64,000 bases of DNA from Leucoraja ocellata (taxonomy: Eukaryota). Location: NCBI GenBank assembly GCA_036785375.1, contig JAWMAR010000008.1:4030001-4094000 (forward strand), read 5' to 3'. The notes below the pieces were generated by a model that did no database searches, was not told the DNA's origin, and saw nothing but the letters and a program-made list of their open reading frames with translations. Below are positions 35,746 through 48,920 of this stretch, piece after piece. The position numbers were made by a program, and so were the translations under genes. Numbering within the stretch: the stretch's first letter is position 1; every line of letters starts with the position of its first letter.

Positions 35746-36734
35746 AACATGGAATCTGGCAGTGGGAAAAGGAACATAAGCCTTTGTGCAATTAATTGCA
35801 GGCATTTCTTATCTCTTCAATCGCAGCTGTTCATACCCTCCACTCTGTCCGCTGGTATTAGAAGGGTGAGATGTGGATCTTACTGCACTGGATGCCTAAT
35901 TGGAACGCCTGTGAATACCTGACATGCTGCAACAGTGGATTATGGATTAAGAGGTATCATCACTCTCACCTTCATTATCCACTCTGAAGTTGTCAGGACT
36001 TAATCCCTTCAACAATCCGACTGCTCCGTGCAAGATATTGCTGTTCGCAATTTGAAAATTAAGTTGCAGAAAGCTTTGTGCTTTAGAGCCAGATACCAGT
36101 AACAAGATTTTCACCCCAATGATTCAATTTCAGATACAACCCTCTGTGCAGTTATCTGGTATCTCCAACTCAGCACTGCCCTGCAGGCATGGACATACCG
36201 CTTGGTGCTGTGTCAAAGTCAAACCCATTGCACTGCAAATCCCAGACTGTATGAATGTTTAGTCCTAGATTGAAGTGGCAGTCTAGAATATGTCTCCGGA
36301 AAACACACCGTAAAGTAGAAAATGGTGCAGGGCTCCATCAGTCTGTTTGGTGCTGCTTGGGTGTGAAATTGGAGCATTTACCGAATGGCTAGCATCACCT
36401 TTAGATTTTCAGTGCACAATCATTTCAAAGTCCTTAGCACCAATATAACCTGTGCTGACTGATGTCGTGTCTCCATCTCATACTAGACTTGCTTGGCACC
36501 ACCAATGCTGGAATTCACCGTCAAACTTGGTTGTCTTCTCAGGTGACATGCCAATGTCGCCACGCCATTCCTCTGCTCTTCCATCACTTCTTGCTCCAAG
36601 CTACCGTCAGCAGCCGAGCTTGGAGTATTGCCTGGTTGTGATGGATGCTACAAGTCACCACATCTGGGGCTACCTGCTGTGCATGAGGACATCTCTGGAG
36701 CAGTCCCCCCTCTAGAAGCTGACTATGCTCAATT

Positions 36735-36875
36735 GCATCTGGGATGGCTTTAATCAGGCAACTGAATCATCCTACCACAACCAGAGAGCAGTGCTGAACT
36801 ACTATCTACCTCATTGGTGACCTTTGGACTATCCTTGATCGGACTTTGCTGGCTTTATTAAACATTATTCCCTTT
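36735..36875 (+). mobile_element. Rex1/Babar-type 3' UTR fragment
   Basis: caggcaactgaa...actatctacctcatt...gatcggacttt; a second copy lies on the minus strand at ~20105-20215. Confidence 0.55.
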
Positions 36876-38193
36876 GGTTGCTAAGCCATTCATTAACTGT
36901 AACATCATGCCACTAACATGGCAAATCTAACTTAGCTGGACTGATTGAGAAGACCACTTCCTTCCAGCATGCTTGCTCACAGCTCTGGAAACAAACCCAC
37001 ACTACCTGGGCAATGCATGTGCTAACTTACTTACGACAACACAGAAAGAGGCCATTTGACCCATCAGGTCCAGGCCAGCTGTCAAAGACCCTGCCAGTAA
37101 ATCAGATTTTCCTCTCATTTCCCCGTAAGCCTGCCCATGGTTTACAGTCTTAATGAACATAGCCTGATGTAATCTACAGTTCGTGAGTAGATCAGGGTTG
37201 TGATGTGGCACTTTCGCTCATGGTATCAACTTATTTTTTCTTTTGCCACTTACATACACCTAGAGATAATTTGCAGAAGTCAATTAAGGAACTAAGCAGT
37301 CTTAAGGATTTAAGGAATTAAGCAGTCACACAAGCCCATTCAGTCTCGGGGAGAACGTGCAAACTCTACAGGAGTGGTCAGCATTACATCATGTCAGTGC
37401 CGTGGTGAGGTGGGAGCTCCACTAGCTCTGAGCTGTCCAGCCAGCCCAAGCAATTTGAAGGAATTCTATTAAACCGTGTACACACAAAATTTGCAAAAGA
37501 AATTGGAAGCAAATCAGCAATCCTGGTAACAAAATAACTGGCATTACGGAGCATTATGTCACAGCTACTTTGCTGAGGATTTAATACCTACTTTGGGAAT
37601 AGGTGAAGACTGTCACTCTCTACCATAATGCAGGGTACCATGGAGCAATCAGCAGTGTGCCAATTCCAAAAAGCTGGCTCTCTTCCTGCCATTTAAAATG
37701 TCAGTGCAATTCAATACAGCCCTTTTAATGGGAGTAAATTAGAAACTAATTGATTTGGTGCTGTGCACTGTCATCTCTACATGGATTAGGTTGCTGCCTG
37801 GCTGAGGTATTTGTACAGGGCCAAGCATCCTTGCAAATACTAAAATTCTTATCTAATCTTCCTGCTGAAAATTACATCTCAAGGCAATTAAATTCACATC
37901 AGTCAGGATGCAATCTGTCAGGAGTAGGGTTAATCCGAGAGGCTGCAACATTTAACAATGAGATTCTTCTTCCTGCCATTATCTGTGAATTGTGTTCTCA
38001 CAGCCTGCAATGTAGAGTGAAGTGGTAGATTGGAGGGAGATTAAAATCCATGCTGTGATTAGCCAGATTTACATCGCTAAACTTCATCTCAGAGGGTCTT
38101 TTTCTCTTTCATTGTGTGTTGTTTTTGAATCTTTGTTTTACTCCCAAACACTGGTTCACATCGACCAGAAACCTTGTGGAATGCCCCTTCCGT

Positions 38194-38363
38194 AAAGAGG
38201 GAGTTAGATGTGGCCCTTGTGGCTAAGGGGATCAGGGGGTATGGAGAGAAGGCAGGTACGGGATACTGAGTTGGATGATCAGCCATGATCATATTGAATG
38301 GCGGTGCAGGCTCGAAGGGCCGAATGGCCTACTCCTGCACCTAATTTCTATGTTTCTATGTTT
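38194..38363 (+). mobile_element. young CR1 3' end
   Basis: Nearly identical to 33276-33440; (tttctatg)n tail. Confidence 0.92.
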
Positions 38364-39849
38364 CCCCTAACAGGGTGATACCTCCACCTTGAGCTGAAGG
38401 GGAAAATGCAGCTTGATTTGATAAATAACAAACTTACAGGTACCATCTTAAATCCAAAGGTTTCTCCTTTGGTCCAATTTGTGAAGACCAGTGAGCACCC
38501 CACTGACGAAACTGGTTAACATCCTATCACCTCACCTTACCACCACATGTCTCTATCTGTCCACTGTACGCCATTTCTCTGTGGAAGCTTTGGTATCAGG
38601 AACATTTATGGATATGCATAAAAAAAGAGGTTAACTATTGAATGACCGGTCTCAATGTGATTCAGCTGAGGGACCTGCGACATTAATGCTTCTGTTTTGA
38701 TTATCTTTATGTGGTTATCACTTGTTATTGTCTGCTCATGTATCATTCTTTCTTTTTACTTCGTAAAGGGATTTGGCTATCACCCCAGATCTACCCTGAC
38801 AAGCCTTGTATGAATTTTGCACATTTTGATGGGAGTTTAGGCCCACACTGCTCCATCTCTCCTCCTGGGACAAAACATATCCTAATCCCAGAAATCAATA
38901 TGATTGATGGCTGAGAGAGTACAACAAGGTTTTACAGTTATATCCCCCATGGATAGGGACACACTCTGTATATAAAATTCCAGGTATGGTCTCACCAGGA
39001 TCCGATATCATTACAATAAGACAATATACTCAAATGGTCTTGCAATAAAGGACAACATACTATCTGCTTTCCTAACTACTTGCTTTAGCTGCACCTTAAC
39101 CTTCAATTATTTGTGCAAAAGGACATCAAAGTTCCCCTGAGCACTGATGCATTTCAATCTCACCATTTAAAAATATACTTCATTCCCTTCATTCCTTCAA
39201 ACTTCTCGGCATCTGCATACAATGGTGTCTGTCTTGCGCTTCTTATGCTTCTTGTGCGGGTTGGTGGAAAGATTGATGAAAACAGGGCCGCGACGTGAAC
39301 ACTCTTTCCTTGATCCCCCTCCTCTAAGCTGGAAGACCCTCAATTTGCCACATCAGGTTCCATCTGTTATATCCTTGCCCTATTATCTAGCCTGCCTGTC
39401 TACTACTAAAGCTTCTCTGCATCATCCTCACAGCCTACAATGTCACTTAGCCTTGTATCATCAGAAAATATACATATATTATACAATCTCTTCATTGGAT
39501 TACTGATATATGTTGTGAAAATCAGAGCACCAAAATATGTTCCCAGTGCCACCACGCAAATCACAACTTTCCCATCTGACAATGATCAACTTATTCTGTT
39601 TATTGTCTGTTAACCAATCCTCGATGCATGCCACTGCAATTCTCCCCTCTAATCCAGCAGGCAGTGTCTTCACATGAATTACTTTGCTGCATCCCTGAGA
39701 GCCTGGATCAATTATTGCTCAAAAAGCTTTTATGTGGCAAATAAATCTTTACACAATGAGAATAACAAGAAGAGCAACAGAGAGTGCAAAAATAGAATGA
39801 TTCTCTAGAGAGACATGATGCAAGATGCATCTCTGGTAAGCTACAGTTT

Positions 39850-40385
39850 ATGGAGGTAACATGGGCATCACAAGGTGTTTTGGCAACTGCTCTGCCCAAG
39901 ACCACAAGACATTGCAAAGAGTTGTAGATAGTCCATCACACAAACAAGCCTCTGCCCCTCCCCCCATATCAACTCTATTCAAGGTTCACACTGCTTCGGG
40001 AAAGCAGCTAACAGAATCAAGGACCAGTTACGCCCCGGTCATTCTCGCTTTTCCTTCCTCTCCCATTAGGCAGAGATACAAAAGCTTGAAAGCACATACC
40101 ACCAAATTCAGGAACAACTTCTTCCCTGCTGTGAGCAGGATACCAAATGGTCTTCTCATTAGCTGATGGTTAAGGCCCAATCTCCCAACCATTGCAGATC
40201 TTGGACTCTTTCTCTATAACTGTAACATTATAACGTAGTATTAATTTCTTGCCTGTTGTATTTTTCTCGTTTTTACCTATTGTACTTGTGCGTGACTTCA
40301 CTGTACTCACGTAGTATTGTACGACTGGACAATACGTAACGTTTTACACTGTATCTCAGTACACATGACAATAATTAACCAATAA
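39850..40385 (+). mobile_element. Rex1/Babar LINE 3' region
   Basis: FGNCSAQDHKTLQRVV...RYKSLKAHTTKFRNNFFPAVSR. Confidence 0.8.
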
Positions 40386-40543
40386 CAATGTCGAGATGAG
40401 GATCTTATTAACATGTGAGGTGAGATGGTAGTGGATATTCTGTTGAAGTTAAATGGTCTTTGAGGTGTAGGTGACATAAAGTCAATTCAGTTCAGCTGGA
40501 GATCAAATAGGGTGATAAGGTTGCACACACCCTAATCCAGTCC

Positions 40544-40727
40544 AAGGTAGACAAAAATGCAGGAGAAACTCAGCAGGTGAGGCAGCATCTATGGAGCAAA
40601 GGAAAGAGTTTTGACCCGAAACGTTGCCTATTTCCTTCACTCCATAGATGCTGCCTCACCTGCTGAGTTTCTCCAGAATTTTTGTCTACCTTCGATTTTC
40701 CATCATCTGCAGTTCCTTCTCGAACAA
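40544..40727 (+). mobile_element. fold-back Penelope pLTR insertion with 16-bp TSD
   Basis: Inverted arms ~40544-40604 and 40631-40692; TSD ctaatccagtccaagg at 40532-40547 and 40728-40743. Confidence 0.88.
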
Positions 40728-42634
40728 CTAATCCAGTCCAAGGCAGTGCTCAGAAAGGTAAATACAATCTGTGGCTGTGAGACTGCAACATTAGTACTGG
40801 AATAATAATGTTGGTGCTAATCAAATATCTGTTATTAATTTCTGAAAGAAATGGTAAACACTTTTTTTTTCCTCTAACAGGGATGTCAAGAGATGCAGGG
40901 TTGAGTGTTTCACCACATTTGTGCAAGCTGGTCTTGTGCTTAGCCAATATTACCAAGGAATAGCAAGGAGTTGAGTAAAAGGAAGGTCGGGTGTAGAGTT
41001 GGAGGAGGAAGGACCACAAACGAGATGGCCAGCACAATGGAACCTTTGGAGGATTACTGTGACATTGGTAGCAGAGCGGGTTTGGTAGGCCCGTGGGGGG
41101 CAAATGGTTTGGGGACAACTTTGTGGGAAAGATGAGTCAGCATTTGAAGGCAATTACAAGAGGAAAAGGAAGATGGCAAGATAATTGCAGAAAGTAGAGT
41201 CGGTGCACAAGACAGGACTGGAGCAAACAAAGGCAGAGAGGGAATTCAGAATGTGAGGCCTGGGGTTGGGGTTTGTCATGTCAATGATAATTGGGGTAGA
41301 GTTGAAGTTAATAGACAATATGTACTGCTGGAGAGGGAGTGTAGCAAGATAAGAGAGAAACCGATAAAATAGAGCTCTGTAGATTCCAAAGCAGGCTTTC
41401 TGTAATGATCAAAACAAATGTTCACCACAGCTCAGTAAAGACAATTTTAAATTCTCATAAATATATCTCGCCAATGGCACAAAAATAAAATATAGAGAGG
41501 ACCCTGTTTATGATAGAGCTTAGCTCTCCCAATCCAATACTAGCCGATATTACCCACAATGGCTGTTTTGACAATTCCTCTTTTTAATGCACCACTTTCA
41601 TCAGTTTTAATTTTGTGCTTCCTTGCCTCTACCATCCACTTTGGAGACAGCATCCAGATTGGAAGAAAACCAATTCTTACAGCCCTTTAAGTATTCAATC
41701 AATTGGAAAATATGTTACCGAATCCTTCAGTTTGAAAGAAACCAAGATGAAGAAAGTGTTTAAAAGCACTTATTGACTATATATTTCCACCACAGAGAAA
41801 GAAAATCAATAAATAATAGATGCTAGAGTCAAGGGAGTCTCCAGATGAGACTCCTATTAAAAAAAAGGAAAAAATACAATGAAAGTAACTTGAGTTGAGC
41901 ACTGAAATGTTTTCTGGGGAGAGAAATACAGCTAGTGTTTCCGGCCACTCAACTTTTGCCAGAATTGATGGAAGGTCAATGACCAAAAATACTGGGGGAA
42001 TTTTAACACCCTCAAAACAGATGGATTTGAGCCATGGAATATTCTTAAAAACAGTAGATATGGAATTCTAGCCCTTTGTCAAGTCAGAGATTTCATTGTT
42101 GAACTATCTCTTCTCAGAAATTGGTCACTGCCCCCACAGGTACATTAGTGAGATGTATTGAGCTGGGAAGATAGGAGTTCTTGTTGCTGGCTTGCTACTT
42201 GTTAAGTCAGAGGTACTTGGACCCCATGGGGTTGTCCGTAACTGGAGAGACCTAATCTTCTCAGTTTGTCCTTCTAGGGCAGCAGAATAGCAGCAACCTA
42301 GGCTAGATCCCAATCTTTGGTGCTGTCTGGATGGAGGTTGCATGATCCCCCTTTGATCATGAGGATTCCTCCTGTTTCTCCCACTTCCAAATGCACGCTG
42401 ATGGTTAATTGGCAGTTATAAGCTGCCCCTAGTGTACAGGTGAACATTAGAATCTGAGGGGAACTAATGGAAAATGGGTTTGGGTAATTTGTGTAAATGG
42501 GTGCTTGATACTGTGGGCTGAAGGGCTGTTTTTTAAGCTGCCCGTTCATAACCAGAAACAATCTTGTGAATCTTTGTGCATTCCTTCAAGGCAAGTGCAT
42601 GCTTTTGTTAAGAGATCAGACCTCTAGGTGTGGT

Positions 42635-42770
42635 TCAGACTGAAGAAGGGTTTCGGCCCGAAACGTTGCCTATTTCCTTCGCTCCATAGATGCTGCTGCA
42701 CCCGCTGAGTTTCTCCAGCATTTTTGTGTACCTTCGATTTTCCAGCATCTGCAGTTCCTTCTTAAACACA
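42635..42770 (+). mobile_element. young Penelope pseudo-LTR with hammerhead core
   Basis: ctgaaga-agggtttcggccc-gaaac-gtt; reverse complement of 53997-54130. Confidence 0.9.
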
Positions 42771-44068
42771 TAATTAATTGCGGTTGGGCTTCTTTTCTGC
42801 TATATTTATTTTGCAATATAAGTTATTTTGCAATAAAAATACTATTTCTCAATAAGTGATTGATGTATCTGCGTGTGATGTTTATGATACTTGTACAAGA
42901 ACACATTGGTCGTTCTGTAAAGGAACATTTCCAGGTCTGTAGACACCAACTAATCTACGTTTCTAATTGACTATGAAAAGTGGTTAACCTTGTCACATCC
43001 TACTGCATTTGGCATGTTCCTGCCTATTCAATTCTCCCTGTGTAATCTTACATCCTACTTCTCCATTCAACCTTGCAACAATAGGAGACACACATCGTCC
43101 CCTAATCTGAGCAATTCCATTTCAATGAGATAGAACTCTGATCCCCGAGGTACCGGCTGATTAGAGTGAGTCATCCGGAAAATTAACGTTTCATTTCTCC
43201 CCTCCGCTCTCTGAGCCCTAATTTTGTGAAGTTACTTTGTGTTTCAACCATAGCTCACTCACTGCCAGCACAAACATTAAGTCTTGCACTAGTTACATTT
43301 TCAGGAACCCAATTAAGTTTGTCAAACATAATTTCACTTTCATAAGTCTTCATTTTTCCTGCCTAATCATATAATATCTTAAGTACTCAATTGCCAATCG
43401 ATCTTAGTACCTTACATTCAGTAGTGAATCTTTATCTCCCAGAGCTCTTATGAAAGGCCATTGAGCTGTGCATCCCAGTTGCTCTCTCCATAGATCCTGG
43501 CTGACTTGATCGCCAACATTCGCTATTTTTATTTCTGAAGTTCAGCATCTGTATTACTGTAGTTTACAGCTTTCTCTAACCCTCCTTTCTTCAAATGCAA
43601 GGTTATGGCTGCCTTTCAATCCCCTGAACAGTTCCACAACTTAGTGAATGCTAAAGATAAGACAATGTCTGAAACCGCTTTGTTTAAAAACTAGGCTTTC
43701 AGATGCTGGGATTTACCTGCTTTCTGTATATTAATTTATCCAATGTTTTGGCATATTACTGCTAACATTTACTTTGTTTTTCTGTCCCAAATCAACTACT
43801 AGCCTCCATTATTTCTGAAATTTATGTTGTATCTGCTGTTTGGGAAACAGATCTAAAGTATTGATTAAATATCTTTACACACTCCACATCCCCATTACAA
43901 TGTTTCCCGTATTTCTCCACAAGATTTAAGTTTGATAAAGCGTTTCTTTCTATATACTTTCGGTGTCTTCCACCGCCTTGTTTTATGTCCATTTATATTC
44001 AATCTTATCATTAATCATATAACAACAGTTAATAGGGATTCGGACAGGTCCCTGGATAGGAAAGAATT

Positions 44069-44260
44069 AAAGGGATATGTGCCAAATGCAGGCTGATGGG
44101 ACTGGTGTAAATGGGGCATGTTGGTTGGCATGGCAGGTAGTGCCAAAGGGCCTGTTTCTATGCTGTACGACTATGATTTTATTACCATTATTTTACATTG
44201 TTTTAGAGTCTCAGAGTTGTACAACAAAGAAATGCCTACCATGCGTTTCAGCCTACCATG
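44069..44260 (+). repeat. tail-to-tail CR1 3' ends, locally duplicated at 45099-45309
   Basis: Both copies share the spacer attaccattattttacattgttttagagtc between the two CR1 tails. Confidence 0.75.
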
Positions 44261-45319
44261 TCCATTCTGACATTTTAGCCCATTTATACCAACTCCATTT
44301 GCCCACATAACCACAGTCCACCGACTCCCCACAGTCTAAATGTCTTGTAATCGTAATGATGGTATCTGAACTCCGCCACCTCTGGCAGCGAGTTCCAGAT
44401 ATCAACCACTCTCCGTGTGAAAATGTGTGGAAATCACTGGATTAAAAGGAACATCTGCATTCACGTTCACATCTGCAATTATCAATCCTTTTACAACCAA
44501 ATAATCATCCAGTGCCTTTTTACAAAGTTAATCAATTTGACATTGATTCTGATTGTTACTGATTCAGTCTTTAACAGAGCAGCCACGTAGATCTATACAA
44601 TATCTAAAATGCCTTTGCAAAAACATTGAACTAACTTCTAACATCACTTACAAGCTTTACACAGATCTAATTCTGTAATCCAGTTGAGCAGATTGAACAG
44701 GATTTGACATCTAAGGAAAATGTTGTAAGCTATGTTCTAACAGACGCAATAATACCTGGCTCAGAAATGAAAAGGACAAATTATACTTTTCTAATTTAGG
44801 GACTCCTTTTAACATGGTTACCTCAAGAGCAAAGTAAAAAAAGTCAATGATATACATTCCTTCAATGACAGTCTGGCGTTTACAGCCAGTTGATTGAGAG
44901 TGGACAGTTTCTACTCACTGTTACGTGGCTGAAGCCTGGGATTTAGCATCAGTCAAAGCTACCAGAATTTCAAGCCACTTCCATATTATATTTCTCTTTT
45001 TCTTACAATATGGAGGAACTATTTAAACATAGAATCCATGCCGACATCTGCAAGGAATCCTATCAAACCCATTAACTCATTTATTAACATATAGCGGTAA
45101 AGGGATATGTGCCAAATGCAGGCAGATGGGACTGGTGTAAATAGGGCAACGTGGTTGGCATGGCAGGTTGTGCCAAAGGGCCTGTTTCCATGGTGTATGA
45201 CTGTGACTCTATTACCATTATTTTACATTGTTTTAGAGTCAAAGAGTAACAGAGTTGTATAGCAAAGAAATGGCACCTTCAGTCTAACATATCCATACAG
45301 CCTACCATGACAGTACAGC

Positions 45320-45930
45320 ACAGGTACAGGCCCTTTGGCCCACAATGCCGCACATAGTTCCAAGTTAAACTAATCTCCTCTGCCTGCTGGTGATCCATAT
45401 CCCACCATTCTCTGCATATCCATATCTAAAAGCCTCTTGCATGCTACCGTAGTATCTGCCCTCCACTATCACTGCTGGTACTGTGTTCCAGGCACCCACC
45501 GATCTCTGCGTAAAAATCTTGCCCTGCTCATCTCCTTTAAGTTATACCCCTCTCACTTTAAGTCTTTGATGTTTCCACCCTGAGGAAAAGGTTCGACTAC
45601 CCTGTCTAGGCCTCATATTTGTCTCCCCTCAGCATCCGATACTCCAGAGAAAACAACCCAAGTTCTTCCAATCTCCACCTAGAGTTAAAAGCTTCTAATC
45701 CATGCAGCATTCTGGTAAATCTCTTCCGCACTCTCTCCAAAGCCTCCACATTCCTTCCGGTAATGGGCCAACCAGAACTGCACACAATACACCAAATGTG
45801 GCCCAATCATAGTACTGAAAAAATGCAACATGTCTTTCTGACTCTTGTACTCAATGCCCTGATGGAAGGAAGCGTTCTATACATCTTCTATCTACTGATG
45901 TTGCCATTTTCAGGGAGCTGTAGACTTGGA
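45320..45930 (-). mobile_element. CR1 3' region
   Basis: ALERVRKRFTRMLHGLE...LGLFSLEYRMLRGD. Confidence 0.85.
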
Positions 45931-48339
45931 CTTCGACTCAAACAATAGAGATGCCAGCACACATTATCTTTCCAATTCCCAACAACGCCACCTTTCTTCT
46001 GTTCCCTCACTCCCACACCAGGTGCAATTAGCAATAGTGGATTAGCCTTTCAACCCGCATGTCTTTGGCATGTGGGAGGAAGTAAAGCATGTCAGCACTT
46101 AATACTCATCTCTAACTGTACCAAGAAAAGGTACTTTCCTGAAACACTCCAGGACTAGTGGTACAGACATGAAGGTTCTGTAACAGTGCTGTTGAGCAGG
46201 ATATGCCAAGTGATGATGAAAAGGTGGGCATATATTTCTAAATCACAGAAGTGTGTGGTTCAGCAGTGGGGGGGGGGGGGGGGGGGGGGTGGTAGAGTTC
46301 ATGGGATTTGGAGTGCACAGTCAAATAAACGTTGCTGATGACTGAAGAGTGTGTTGTCAGTGGCACATAGTGCTCCCCTGGTGGAGGGAATGAATGTTCC
46401 GAGGGTGGCTAAGGTGCTAGTCAAGTGGGTTGCTTTGTCGTGGGTGGCACCAATGTTCCTGAACGTTGCTGGATCTGTGCCGCCTGGTAACAGAGACAAG
46501 CAACTAACATGCTGTGAGCAAATATTGGCTGGAAACACAATGTTCATCCACATGCAACAATGCTTCCCTCTTGTTCATTGGAAGTGGCTTGGACAGCGTT
46601 TCTGGAGCTTCACAGGAACAAGCAGTAAAAGGATGCCATACATGTTAATTGAAAATTGAGTTACCAGACAATATTTGTATTGTAAATACATCAGATTGCT
46701 TTGACTAAATATATAATTCCATTCCACTTTGCTTTGATACATACTAGAGTGTGCAGTAATGGCCAATTGCCCTCAGTTGGCCTGGCGAAGTGAAACACAA
46801 CAAGGCCCATGTGGCATATAATGTGAGTCGCCGATATTACACAGATTTTAAATGCCTAATATGCCAGATGTATTCCATTTAATTTGATGTACTTGTGACA
46901 ATAGACAATAGACAGACTGCTGTGATTACAGCAGACAGCATAAAAGCTACATATTTTAACTGATCCTTTAAAGGGCAGAGAGAAAGAAAATGATCCCTGC
47001 TGGTTTGTGGTTCAACAACAAAGGTTCAGAAAACCCTTGTGACACATATAGTTGACCTTTTGTTTGATAGCAACTATAGTCAGCTCTCCAGCACCCAGTA
47101 GGTTACATGTTGGCCTGGTTTTATGCCAGGAAATGGCAGCGACATTTTGCAGGGCAAGGTTTCGGACTTGGGTAAACGTGGCAACCCCAATCTTGCCAGT
47201 TGATCTCTGCTGGACATTTCCTGACTCTACTCTGCTTCTGAACTCACCATGGAGTTTAGTAGGAGAGCTAAGTCTCACTGAGATATTCCGGCATTGAAAC
47301 TGAGGTAACTGCTCTTAGATCCCATGCCCAGTGGAGGAGAAAGAGAGATTTGAGGTACTACACAGTTTTTGTTCCATTTGAGTACTTTTCAATATTTTTA
47401 ATTACTTAAATGCTTCTGAGAAGTTCAATTAAATTTCATGTAATTTTTAAACCATTTCTATTTTTTTTTATAGTTCTTAATTAATACTGGAAGTGTAGCT
47501 GCCAGAACAATGTGGGGGCAGGATGATGATGGCTATCAAAGATTGAAGAGACATTTCATGAATACAATTGTTCTGGCCAGTCCAGAATTTCATCGTCTGA
47601 GACCCAATCCCATTTTTCCTCTTGTCTGATATCCCTGCCACCCGCCTACACCAGGGGCAATTTACTTGTTACCAGTTAACCTAACAACCAGTTCATCTTT
47701 GGGAAACCAGAGGACCTGTCAGAAACCCACATGATCACAGGGAGAAGTTGCAAGCTCTACACAAACAGCATCCAGGACCAGGATTGATCTCTGGTCTATA
47801 TAGTTGTGAGGCTCCTGTGCTAATTTCAGCGCTGTGGTAGGTTAGTAGGTTAATTTTCTAGAAATTCAGCCAGGTTTAGGGCAATGGTGAATGTTGCCAT
47901 CAAGTCGTCAAGGGTGGGGTCTGTGCCAGTAAAATCTGGGTCAATGTTAATAGCTTACGGTGTCAGAATAATTTACACGAGACGTGAGTGACAGTTAACT
48001 TCTTCTTTACGCGCAAAACTTGTCAGACAAGGAGAACAGTCAAACAAGAGACTGTTCTGCAAACTTAAAGCATGCCGCATTTTAATATAATTTTTGATTG
48101 AATAAATAAAAGGTCAGGCATGAACACTTGTTTACAGGATGAACTATTTTGATCCAGCATTCTGTATTTTTTCCCTCAATAATAAGACATGCTGGTGTTC
48201 AAGTTGTTGACTTTGTGGTGCACTTGAATCAGACATTATTAGCCTAGTGCAGAAGGGGCACCTTTAATCCAGTAAAGTTTGTTTTCCCATAGAATTAAGT
48301 GATGGATTAAGACAAACTGGAAGAACAGTGCAGTTCAAT

Positions 48340-48478
48340 CTTCTTCTTATTCTTCTTGTGTATGGCGTGCACAGCCTAAAGTTGCAGAACAACCTGGTCT
48401 ATTTGAGCTTATTTGATTGTGCACACCGAGTTGATTGCACTTGTCGAAACAGGGCGGAAGGTTGCAATCTCTCACCCC
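48340..48478 (-). mobile_element. ~140-bp (GAA)n-tailed short retroposon, copy 2
   Basis: Homologous to 6483-6623; TSD agtgcagttcaat / agctcagttcaat (48327-48339 / 48479-48491). Confidence 0.8.
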
Positions 48479-48739
48479 AGCTCAGTTCAATGACTCCCTA
48501 TAAATGGTAAAGTCCATTCACTCCATGTTGCTTCCCATATTGTGCATTCCGATGGTACCAAATTAGACCTGCTCCCAGACTTCCAATGATCTTCAGCTGG
48601 ATGAGGATGGGATGGAGCATCAGGGTAGGATCGATTTAACTGTCCGAGATTTCATCACAACATTACATGTGGAAACCAGCAAGCGTATCTCAATTTTTCA
48701 CCAAAATGTGGTGGTTATCATTATACTCCTCTATTGAAA

Positions 48740-48920
48740 GTCCTTCCCTCATTGGCTACCAGAGGAGATAGTTGAAACAGAAATCTCTGAAAGACATTCA
48801 GAGGTGCATGGATAGGAAAGGTTTAGAAGGATATGGGCCAAATGCAAGCAGGTGGGACTAGTGTAGATGGGACATCTTGGTCGGATTGGGCAAGTCCTGT
48901 TTCCATGCTGTATCTCTATG
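48740..48920 (+). mobile_element. CR1 3' end
   Basis: catggataggaaaggtttagaaggatatgggccaaatgc...cctgtttccatgctgtat. Confidence 0.75.

Noticed and set aside
40862-40990. Strong splice acceptor ttttttttcctctaacag as a coding exon
   Set aside because: All three frames stop within ~95 nt and no convincing donor precedes the stops.
46267-46290. Poly-G run as a functional element
   Set aside because: Simple homopolymer beside an old LINE remnant; its length may be an assembly artefact.
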